Below are positions 1-7,543 of a DNA stretch of 46,103 nt, in pieces (the stretch's first letter is position 1; every line of letters starts with the position of its first letter). The stretch lies in the NCBI GenBank assembly GCA_947628525.1, contig CANRAE010000002.1, positions 1 to 46,103 of the forward strand. Direction: 5' to 3'. The notes below the pieces were generated by a model. That model did not search any database, was not told the origin of the DNA, and saw only the letters and a program-made list of their open reading frames with translations. Made by a program: the position numbers and the translations under genes. The DNA is from an uncultured Bacilli bacterium. GTDB taxonomy: Bacteria; Bacillota_I; Bacilli_A; RF39; UBA660.

Positions 1-300
1 GAAAAAATCACCAATCGCTTAAAAAGTCTACCATTTACGAAGAAGGACGCAAGAAGTTTTATGAGGTTCTTCTTATCAGGCGCTACTGCGACAGTATTTG
101 ACAAGCAAGGTCGAATCAATATTACCTCTCCATTGGCCTCCTATGCCGGCTTAAAAAAAGAATGTGTTATAGTCGGTGTAGGAGATCGCCTTGAAATTTG
201 GGACAAGGACAAATGGGATCATTTTTATGAAACTAACAAAGAGGAAATGTCAAATATTGCCGAAGATTTATTTGATTCAAATTGGGAAAATGGTGATTAA
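1..300 (+). CDS. mraZ: Transcriptional regulator MraZ, C-terminal part (5' end lies outside the window)
   Basis: Frame 1 is open from base 1 and continues into track ORF 61-300. The sequence GRINITSPLASYAGL...VGVGDRLEIWDKDKW matches the second SpoVT/AbrB-like half of MraZ. It sits 2 nt upstream of rsmH, as in dcw clusters. Confidence 0.85.
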   Translation, partial: EKITNRLKSLPFTKKDARSFMRFFLSGATATVFDKQGRINITSPLASYAGLKKECVIVGVGDRLEIWDKDKWDHFYETNKEEMSNIAEDLFDSNWENGD

Positions 301-302
301 TT

Positions 303-1229
303 ATGCATATTAGTGTTTTACTTGAAGAAGCAATCCAAGGACTTAATTTGAAAGAAGACGGTATCTACGTTGATTGTACATTAGGTTATGCTGGGCATTC
401 CAGTGAGATTTTAAAGCGAGTAAGAAGGGGTTGTCTTTTCGCCTTTGATCAAGATCTTGATGCGATTGAATTTAGTCAAAAACGTTTAGCAGAAATTGGT
501 CATAATTTTACTATTATTCATAGTAATTTTGAAAACATTAAAGAAGAATTAGCTAAACGAAATATTAATAAAGTCGATGGAATCCTATTTGATTTAGGAG
601 TCTCGTCCGTTCAATTAGATGAAAAAGAACGTGGTTTTAGTTATCATCAAGATGCTCCATTAGATATGCGAATGGATCAGCACGATTCATCTAAAATAAC
701 GGCATCTGATATAGTAAATAATTATTCATTAAGTGAATTAAGTGATATATTTTATCGTTATGGTGAAGAAAAATATTCACGAAGTATTGCGCGAGCTATT
801 GTCGATTATCGTAAAAATAAAAAAATAGAATCCACTTTGGAATTAGTGGATATTATTAAAAGTGCTATGCCGATGAAAGCTATGCGTGATAAACATCCTG
901 CCAGACGAATTTTTCAAGCTCTAAGAATCGAAGTTAATCATGAGTTAGACGTATTAGAAAAGGCGCTTAATGATTCATTAGATTTATTAAATAAAAATGG
1001 AAGATTAGTTGTAATCACTTTTCATTCCTTAGAAGATAGAATAGTGAAAAATATTTTTAAAGAAAGAACTACTATTGATGAGAAAGTAAAAGGCTTACCA
1101 GAAATTCCTAAGGAATATCAAAGCTCTTATCGCTTGATTAATAATAAAGCTATTTTACCAACAGATGAAGAAATGGAACGTAACAAGCGATCTAGAAGTG
1201 CTAAATTAAGAATAATAGAAAGAATATAA
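303..1229 (+). CDS. rsmH: 16S rRNA (cytosine1402-N4)-methyltransferase RsmH (MraW)
   Basis: 308 aa. Start HISVLLEE, then DCTLGYAGHS, DQD, FDLGVSS.QLD, RGFSY..DAPLDMRM and ITFHSLEDRIVK are typical RsmH motifs. Position after mraZ fits. Confidence 0.95.
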   Translation: MHISVLLEEAIQGLNLKEDGIYVDCTLGYAGHSSEILKRVRRGCLFAFDQDLDAIEFSQKRLAEIGHNFTIIHSNFENIKEELAKRNINKVDGILFDLGVSSVQLDEKERGFSYHQDAPLDMRMDQHDSSKITASDIVNNYSLSELSDIFYRYGEEKYSRSIARAIVDYRKNKKIESTLELVDIIKSAMPMKAMRDKHPARRIFQALRIEVNHELDVLEKALNDSLDLLNKNGRLVVITFHSLEDRIVKNIFKERTTIDEKVKGLPEIPKEYQSSYRLINNKAILPTDEEMERNKRSRSAKLRIIERI

Positions 1230-1240
1230 AGGAGACAATT

Positions 1241-1546
1241 ATGAAAAAGAACATGAAAAAGGTTATAAAAATTGGTAAATTTGAAAAATTACTATATATA
1301 TTTACAGTGGTCTTACTAGTTATTTCTCCTTTTGCTATTGTCTTTTCCCAAGCAACGTTATCTAAGGTTAATTTTGATGTTGAGAAAGTAAAAAAACAAA
1401 TTTCTACCCAAGAGAAGAAAAACGAAAGTTTAGCGATGAAAGTAAATGAATTAGCTTCACTAGATAACATTAAAGAAGTTGCTATTGAACAGGGTTTAAG
1501 TTATAATAATAGTAATATTAAATCAATCATAGATAGTGATGAATAA
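1241..1546 (+). CDS. ftsL: Cell division protein FtsL-like (small bitopic membrane protein)
   Basis: 101 aa with one N-terminal TM (LLYIFTVVLLVISPFAIVF) followed by a coiled-coil-like segment. RBS AAGGAG is upstream. The canonical mraZ-rsmH-ftsL-pbp order supports the call; sequence similarity itself is weak. Confidence 0.7.
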   Translation: MKKNMKKVIKIGKFEKLLYIFTVVLLVISPFAIVFSQATLSKVNFDVEKVKKQISTQEKKNESLAMKVNELASLDNIKEVAIEQGLSYNNSNIKSIIDSDE

Positions 1547-1559
1547 GTGGTGATAAAAA

Positions 1560-3701
1560 ATGAATAAAAAAGTAAAACGAAGTAACAGAAAATTAAATTT
1601 AATTTTAGTTATAGGCGTTTTACTTTTTTTTGTTTTGATTGGCATTAGAACAGCCCAATTATCTTTATCCGAAGAAATAGATGGTGTTAATTTACAAACT
1701 TTTGCGAATAGTAGAACTACTAAAAATGAAATTCTTAAAGGTAGAAGAGGAACTATATATGATTGTAATGGTGATGTTTTGGCACAAAATGTTTCATCGT
1801 ATACTTTAATTGCTTATTTAGATGAGAAAAGGACGACTGATATGTCTCGACCACAACATGTTGTCGATAAAGAATATACAGCTAAAATGTTAGCGACAGT
1901 ACTTGATATTAGCGAAGAACAACTTTTAAAATATTTATCCAAAGAAAATGTTTATCAAACTGAATTTGGCAGTAAAGGTCGTGGCCTTACGGAATTAACT
2001 AAGGATGCTATTTTGGAGTTAGGACTTCCTGGTATTGATTTTATTGAAACGCAAAAAAGGTATTATCCTTATGGTGATTTTGCTTCTTATACATTAGGGT
2101 ATGCTACTACCAAAGTTTTAGAAAAAGAAGATGGAACAAGTGAAGAAACTATTATAGGTGAAATGGGAATAGAACAACAATATAATGAAGAACTAAGTGG
2201 TAAAGATGGTTATACTTTTTATCAAAAAGATCGTCAAGGATATAAAATTGCTGGTACCAAAGAACAAACTGTACCTGCTGTTGATGGTAATGATATATAT
2301 TTGACGATTGATACTAATATTCAATTATTTTTAGAACGTGCCTTAGAAAAAGCTAGTGATTATCCTTTTGAATGGTCAACAATCATTGTCGCTGATGCTA
2401 AGAGTGGAGCTATTTTAGCGTCAAGTAGTAATCCATCTTTTGATCCTAATATTAGAGATATTAAAAATTATGTTGATTATAATGTTGCTTATGCTTATGA
2501 ACCTGGATCAACTATGAAAATATTTAGTTATATGGCTACTATGGAAAATGGTACTTATCATGGTACTGATACATATAAATCGGGTGTTTATGTAGCCAAA
2601 GATGGTACGGAAATAGGTGATTGGAATAGAAAAGGTTGGGGTGAGATTACATTTGATTATGGTTTTGTACTATCTAGTAATGTAGGGGTTATCAATTTAA
2701 TTAATCGATATATCAATGGGGATATTTTAAAGGCTTATTATAAAAAATTAGGTTTTGGTAGTCCTACGGGCATTGAATTACCAAAAGAAGCAAGTGGTAA
2801 AATAGCTTTTAGATACGAAACAGAAATCCTTAATGCCGGATTTGGCCAAGGAATAACTACTACGCCAATTCAAAATATAAAGGCATTGACTTCCCTTACG
2901 AATAACGGTGTCTTATTACAACCATATATTATTGCTAAAATAGTCAATCCTGATACTAAGGAGGTAATTTATCAATCAGAGAAGACGGAATTAGATAAAG
3001 TAGCTAGTGCCGCAACCATTAACAGTATTAAAAGCTTGATGCGCTTGGTTATTGAAGATCCAACTGGTACAGGACATTCATATTATATACCTGGCTATGA
3101 TTTAATTGCTAAAACAGGTACTGCCCAAGTAGCTGATAAAAATGGTTATGGATCGACGGTTATTCGTAGTTTTGCTGGACTTTATCCTGGTAATGATCCC
3201 GAAATAATCATTTATTATTCGGCTAAGGATTTGGGTAGTAATGGTGTAACTTATATGAATAAAGTAATTAAAGATTTTGTTATTAATGTAAGTAAATATT
3301 TAAATTTAGATGAAGAAGATCCAACTAATACTAGCCAATTAATTAAATATAATGTACCATCTTTCATTAATAAAAATACTACTGATATTATAAACGAGTT
3401 AAAAAAACAAGGACTAACTTATGTTAAAATAGGTGAGGGTGATAAAGTTATTAATCAGTATCCAGCAAGTGATACTAAGATATCTTCCCTTGATAAAGTG
3501 ATAATAGTTACTAATGATCCTAATATGACCATGCCTAACTTGATGGGATTTAGTGCTAGTGAAGTAAAAACCATTATGAATTTATTAAATATTAATTATG
3601 AATTAGAAGGTAATGGTTATGTTACTAGTCAATCAATAAGTCCTGGTACTATTTTAAAAAAAGAAGATATTATTCATATTGTTTTAGGTAAAAAATATTA
3701 A
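1560..3701 (+). CDS. Class B penicillin-binding protein (PBP2B/FtsI type) with two C-terminal PASTA domains
   Basis: 713 aa with an N-terminal TM, a dimerisation domain, and transpeptidase motifs (STMK at EPGSTMKIF, SSN at VLSSNVG, KTG at AKTGTAQ). Two PASTA-like repeats lie at the C-terminus (VPSFINKNTTDIINELKKQGL... and MPNLMGFSASEVKTIMNLLNI...). Confidence 0.92.
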   Translation: MNKKVKRSNRKLNLILVIGVLLFFVLIGIRTAQLSLSEEIDGVNLQTFANSRTTKNEILKGRRGTIYDCNGDVLAQNVSSYTLIAYLDEKRTTDMSRPQHVVDKEYTAKMLATVLDISEEQLLKYLSKENVYQTEFGSKGRGLTELTKDAILELGLPGIDFIETQKRYYPYGDFASYTLGYATTKVLEKEDGTSEETIIGEMGIEQQYNEELSGKDGYTFYQKDRQGYKIAGTKEQTVPAVDGNDIYLTIDTNIQLFLERALEKASDYPFEWSTIIVADAKSGAILASSSNPSFDPNIRDIKNYVDYNVAYAYEPGSTMKIFSYMATMENGTYHGTDTYKSGVYVAKDGTEIGDWNRKGWGEITFDYGFVLSSNVGVINLINRYINGDILKAYYKKLGFGSPTGIELPKEASGKIAFRYETEILNAGFGQGITTTPIQNIKALTSLTNNGVLLQPYIIAKIVNPDTKEVIYQSEKTELDKVASAATINSIKSLMRLVIEDPTGTGHSYYIPGYDLIAKTGTAQVADKNGYGSTVIRSFAGLYPGNDPEIIIYYSAKDLGSNGVTYMNKVIKDFVINVSKYLNLDEEDPTNTSQLIKYNVPSFINKNTTDIINELKKQGLTYVKIGEGDKVINQYPASDTKISSLDKVIIVTNDPNMTMPNLMGFSASEVKTIMNLLNINYELEGNGYVTSQSISPGTILKKEDIIHIVLGKKY

Positions 3702-3740
3702 AAACCACTTATGATTGCTCATAGAGTGGTTTTATTTTAA
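3701..3740. terminator. Bidirectional rho-independent terminator between the PBP gene and def
   Basis: Stem AAAACCACT (3701-3709) pairs with AGTGGTTTT (3724-3732). It is A/T-rich on both sides and sits between convergent genes. Confidence 0.6.
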
Positions 3741-3749
3741 TTATTATTT

Positions 3750-4298
3750 TTATATAGCGCGATATTTTTCTTGATCTTTATAAGGATTGTTTTTATCGAT
3801 ATAATCAATAAATAGTATGCCATTTAAATGATCTATTTCATGTTGAAAGGCGATAGCTAATTCTTCTCTTGCCCTAATGGATATTTTATGACCCGAAGTA
3901 TCATATCCTTCAACAGTAATTCTAGCAAAACGAGGAACAATACCACATACATCACGATTAACACTTAAACATCCTTCACCATCTTCAACATAAATTTTTT
4001 CTTGTGAAGTACTGACAATTTTAGGATTTACAATAACATAATTATCAAATTTTCCTTCCTCAACTTCATGGACAATTGTTAAATATCGTTTAGGAATGCC
4101 CAATTGTATGGCAGCCATACCCATTCCTGGACGTAAATCATATTTTTCTGCTAGTGCTTCAATTTGACTATTAGTTAAATATTCAAGCATTAAATCGATT
4201 GTATCCAAGTCTTCTTGGGTCATTGGAAAAGTAACATCTTCACTGACCTTGCGTAATAATTTATTTTTTTCATCTAATATATCGCTTGTTTTTAACAT
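3750..4298 (-). CDS. def: Peptide deformylase
   Basis: 182 aa with the three PDF motifs: GMAAIQLG (motif 1), EGCLSV (motif 2) and HEIDHLNG (motif 3). Confidence 0.95.
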   Translation of the reverse strand: MLKTSDILDEKNKLLRKVSEDVTFPMTQEDLDTIDLMLEYLTNSQIEALAEKYDLRPGMGMAAIQLGIPKRYLTIVHEVEEGKFDNYVIVNPKIVSTSQEKIYVEDGEGCLSVNRDVCGIVPRFARITVEGYDTSGHKISIRAREELAIAFQHEIDHLNGILFIDYIDKNNPYKDQEKYRAI

Positions 4299-4357
4299 AA
4301 GATCACTTCCATACTATGTATTTTACCATTTTTTTAGAATATTAACAACATTAATGC

Positions 4358-4383
4358 ATAAAAGAAAAAGAGATTTCTCTCTT
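4358..4383 (-). terminator. Rho-independent terminator of the small Gly/Tyr-rich gene
   Basis: The minus strand reads AAGAGA-GAAA-TCTCTT followed by TTTCTTTTAT. The stem overlaps the stop codon. Confidence 0.5.
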
Positions 4384-4540
4384 ATCTTGTAAGGTGTGAT
4401 CCAATTACAATAACTAGTAAAATAAATAAAACTAAAATAATTGCATATGATGAAGAATTACCATAATTACCATAGTATGGATAATAAGGATAACCATATC
4501 CGCCACCTTGACAGCAAGATCCTCCACCGTAGTAATACAT
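4382..4540 (-). CDS. Small Gly/Tyr-rich membrane protein, YjcZ-like sporulation protein family (not in the ORF track)
   Basis: Hand translation gives MYYYGGGSCCQGGGYGYPYYPYYGNYGNSSSYAIILVLFILLVIVIGSHLTR (52 aa, TAA stop). A perfect RBS AGGAGG lies 7 nt upstream. The Gly/Tyr-rich head plus the FALIVVLFILLIIVG-like hydrophobic tail resembles the YjcZ family as I recall it. Confidence 0.6.
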   Translation of the reverse strand: MYYYGGGSCCQGGGYGYPYYPYYGNYGNSSSYAIILVLFILLVIVIGSHLTR

Positions 4541-4646
4541 ATTTATTCCTCCTTTTTTCTTTTCTAATATAGTTTATTATGAATAACTAATTTTGCTACT
4601 ATCATCTGTCCTATAATCAAAAAAAAGAAGGTAAAATTACATTCTT

Positions 4647-5732
4647 TTAGACAATATATTTTTTTATAATGGGGATTTTATTTAAGATGAAAGAAATTAT
4701 TAAGGAAATTATAAATATTAACAAAGCTAGAAGAGGAATGGTTATAAAAAGATTAGCAAAATAAACATTAATTTTCAAATTACTTAAAAGATCTATAACA
4801 AGAGCATGTGATAAATAAATACCAAAACTATATTTTGATAAATTAAAGATTAGTTGTTTAGTTTTATTAGTAAAACAATTTTTACTATATTTAACTAAGA
4901 CAAAAAGACCGATACTTTCTAATACTACTGGTAGATATGAAGTAGCAAATAATAGCTCATCGGCTTTATTATTATAATTTGATAACATAATTGTCCCTAA
5001 TATGACGGTGATAAAACCTAATAAACTACATCCATAAATTATTTTTCTTTGCTTCTTAGATAAATCTTTTTTGCTTAAATAATAACCTAATACATAATAA
5101 CTGGAATAACCTAAGGTTAAATGGTAAACAATATTGTTGAAAGGAGTATTAAAATAAGACAAAATAGGTATTTTTAAAAGTAATGGAATAATAGAATTAA
5201 AAAATAGGGCTAAAATCAAAAAATATTTAGTTATTTTTTCATCTTCGGTTATCTTTCTTAAAATTGGTGTTATTAAATATAAGCCACAGATCATATATAA
5301 AAACCACAAATGATAATATCCAGTTACAAATAATATAATGATACTTTTAATATCGGTTGATACTGTAAAAAAATAGTAAGAACAATATATAATTTGCCAG
5401 AAAAGAAAAGCTATAACTAAGCGTGAAATATATTTACTAAATATTTGCTTAATAGTAATATTTTTATTAGGATCTAGAAAAAGAGCCCCAGATATCATGA
5501 CAAAAAGAGGAACGGAACATCTTACGATACTATCATAGATATTAGCTGCCTGCCAATTAATAGAATGAATTGGTAAACTTTGCCAAGGACCACCAGCAAT
5601 ATGTAAAATAATGACCATAAAAGTAGCTATAATTCTTAAAAGATCTAAATAAATAATACGTTTACTATCGTTTTGCATACAATCACATCCAATCATAGTT
5701 TTCATTATAGCTATTAATTTTAAGAATGGCAA
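4647..5732 (-). CDS. Acyltransferase family 3 membrane protein (O-acyltransferase; no SGNH domain)
   Basis: Polytopic (about 10 TM). The N-terminal RIIYLDLLRIIATFMVIILH is the typical Acyl_transf_3 start. The true start is probably ATG at 5678 (MQNDSKR...) rather than 5732. Confidence 0.8.
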   Translation of the reverse strand: MPFLKLIAIMKTMIGCDCMQNDSKRIIYLDLLRIIATFMVIILHIAGGPWQSLPIHSINWQAANIYDSIVRCSVPLFVMISGALFLDPNKNITIKQIFSKYISRLVIAFLFWQIIYCSYYFFTVSTDIKSIIILFVTGYYHLWFLYMICGLYLITPILRKITEDEKITKYFLILALFFNSIIPLLLKIPILSYFNTPFNNIVYHLTLGYSSYYVLGYYLSKKDLSKKQRKIIYGCSLLGFITVILGTIMLSNYNNKADELLFATSYLPVVLESIGLFVLVKYSKNCFTNKTKQLIFNLSKYSFGIYLSHALVIDLLSNLKINVYFANLFITIPLLALLIFIISLIISFILNKIPIIKKYIV

Positions 5733-5858
5733 TAATTAAGTAATAAAAATAAATAATATTGTTTTACAAAAAAATGTCAATAATATAAAAAAAGGTCTAT
5801 ATTTATTGTTGTAAAAATAAAAAAATGTTAAAATAAATTGTAAGAATAGGTGAAGAGT

Positions 5859-7463
5859 ATGAGAAATAAAAAATCTATAATAATTATTGCTATATGCATA
5901 GGAGTATTATTTATGGGAATTGGATACTCTGTATTTAGCTCGTCGTTAGTAATTAATGGAACAGCTAATATTACAACCAAATGGGAGATATATATTTCCG
6001 GTGTTACAAAAACAGCATCTACTGGGGGAGCTTATAATATTGAAGAACCATCTTTTGATCACAATGTTGTTAAGTTTAATATTGGTTTAATTAATCCTGG
6101 TGATTCTATGACTTATACTGTTACTATTAAAAATGCGGGAACTATTAATGCTAAATTATCTAATTATAATGTTTCACAAAGTGGATCTGATTCAATAGTA
6201 TATACTGTTTCTGGCTTAGCCAAAGGAATGATACTTAATGCTAGCAAAACGGTTAGTTTTACTGTTAAAGCATCATATAATTCAACGGTTGAATATGATC
6301 CTACGGCAAGATTTAGAAAAATAAATATTGATTTAGATTGGGAGCAATATAGTGCTAGTAGTGATCCTGGTAATATTGAATTACCTGGTATTGAAGAAGT
6401 TCAAACTTATCAAATTAATTATGATCTTAATGGTGGTCAAGGCAATATAACGCATACCAATTGTATTGTTGGTGATAATTGTCAATTGGCTAATGAAATT
6501 CCAACTAAAAATGGTTATATTTTTGTAGGATGGAAAATACCAAATAGTAACTTTCAATATAGTGCTGGTGAAGAAGTTTATAATTTAACTGGTGCTAATC
6601 AAAAAATAACATTGCAAGCTATTTGGGGTATAAAACAAGATTTTAATGTTTTTGGTAATTTTACATATAAGGTTCCAGATTCTGGTTATTATCAATTGGA
6701 ACTTTGGGGAGCTGAAGGTGGTTATCGTACCAATGTCAATGGAAGTAGTAATTATTCAGGACGTGGTGGTTATGTTAAAGGAACAGTTTACTTAGAAAAA
6801 GATACTTATTTGTATGTTAATGTAGGTGGAAGTGGTAATACTGGTGGTTTCAATGGTGGAGGTATATCAGGATGTAGTAATGCCTCAGCATGTGGTCAAT
6901 CCGTTTTGTTCGGTGGTGGAGCTAGTGATATTCGTGTTGGTGGTTCTAGCTTAAATCATCGTTTGATTGTTGCTGGTGGTGGTGGATCAGTTGGTGCTCC
7001 TACAATAAGAGGTGGTGCTGGTGGTGGAACCGATGGTGAAGCTAGTGGCAGTGGTAATGTTGGTGAAGGATGTTCAACTATAGCTTGTGGTATGGGCGGA
7101 ACCCAAACTTCTGGTGGCAAAGGTAGTACCAGTGCTAATTATTTGGCTTCCCAAGGTACATTTGGCCAAGGTGGCGAAGGATATTATTTAAATAATGGCT
7201 ACGGCGGAGGCGGTGGCGGAGGCTGGTACGGTGGATCTGGATCAGTTCCTGATGCTTCCGGTGATAATGATCGTGGCGGTGGTGGTGGTTCTAGTTATAT
7301 ATTAACAGAATCATCTATTAAACCAAGTGGTTATTTACTAGATAGTAAATATTATATGACTAATACAGTTATGTTATCTGGTAATACATCAATGCCTAAT
7401 CCCAACGGTGGTATGATGATTGGTAAAACTGGTAATGGATTTATTCGTATTATAAAATTATAA
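5859..7463 (+). CDS. Secreted chimeric protein: TasA/camelysin-like N-domain + Listeria-Bacteroides (Flg_new) repeat + ALK/LTK-type glycine-rich domain
   Basis: Start moved to ATG 5859 (RBS AGGTGA at 5848-5853). The signal GIGYSVFSSSLVINGTANI and INPGDSMTYTVTIKNAGTINAKL match the paralog family at 18054, 28540 and 29101. YQINYDLNGG...GYIFVGWK...ITLQAIW (about 6405-6626) is a Flg_new-type repeat. YKVPDSGYYQLELWGAEGG...VNVGGSGNTGGFNGGG...GGGASDIRVGG...RLIVAGGGGS (about 6642-7460) matches the Gly_rich/GRD signature. Confidence 0.75.
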   Translation: MRNKKSIIIIAICIGVLFMGIGYSVFSSSLVINGTANITTKWEIYISGVTKTASTGGAYNIEEPSFDHNVVKFNIGLINPGDSMTYTVTIKNAGTINAKLSNYNVSQSGSDSIVYTVSGLAKGMILNASKTVSFTVKASYNSTVEYDPTARFRKINIDLDWEQYSASSDPGNIELPGIEEVQTYQINYDLNGGQGNITHTNCIVGDNCQLANEIPTKNGYIFVGWKIPNSNFQYSAGEEVYNLTGANQKITLQAIWGIKQDFNVFGNFTYKVPDSGYYQLELWGAEGGYRTNVNGSSNYSGRGGYVKGTVYLEKDTYLYVNVGGSGNTGGFNGGGISGCSNASACGQSVLFGGGASDIRVGGSSLNHRLIVAGGGGSVGAPTIRGGAGGGTDGEASGSGNVGEGCSTIACGMGGTQTSGGKGSTSANYLASQGTFGQGGEGYYLNNGYGGGGGGGWYGGSGSVPDASGDNDRGGGGGSSYILTESSIKPSGYLLDSKYYMTNTVMLSGNTSMPNPNGGMMIGKTGNGFIRIIKL

Positions 7464-7485
7464 AGACTTTTTAGTCTTTTTTTTT
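7462..7485 (+). terminator. Rho-independent terminator
   Basis: AAAGACT-TTTT-AGTCTTT followed by a T6 run, immediately after the stop at 7461-7463. Confidence 0.7.
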
Positions 7486-7543
7486 GGACTTATTTATAAA
7501 AGGGAAGTATAATATAAGAGTAACTTTAACAAGGAGTGGTAAT

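Noticed and set aside
1201-1470. Antisense or overlapping track ORFs: 1201-1470, 13216-13599, 16015-16251, 16534-16743, 17882-18091, 19222-19437, 19657-19848, 19727-19951, 20238-20423, 20444-20785, 21485-21859, 29741-29959, 30011-30214, 30605-30808, 31548-31763, 32571-32876, 32907-33209, 40356-40568, 41809-41994, 41951-42178, 44999-45208 and 45676-45870.
   Set aside because: Each lies inside, or mostly inside, a longer ORF with clear homology or strong coding signals in another frame or strand. They have low-complexity or hydrophobic shadow-frame compositions typical of AT-rich genomes, and no RBS.
7462-7485. Similar terminator sequences at 7462 (AAAGACT..AGTCTTT) and 33700 (AAAGACTAA..TTAGTCTTT), considered as a possible REP-like dispersed element.
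   Set aside because: There are only two copies, and the similarity is confined to a 7-nt stem core. Chance resemblance between simple hairpins is the most likely explanation.
7484-7543. 5' extensions of track ORFs: recD2 from 7484, P2 from 17985, tcdA from 21243, lexA up to 22818, AI-2E from 11361, the SHOCT gene from 29748, hisS from 16582, and P1 from GTG 5850.
   Set aside because: The extensions run through terminators, promoters or operators and lack an RBS. Internal starts with good Shine-Dalgarno sequences reproduce the canonical N-termini of the families.
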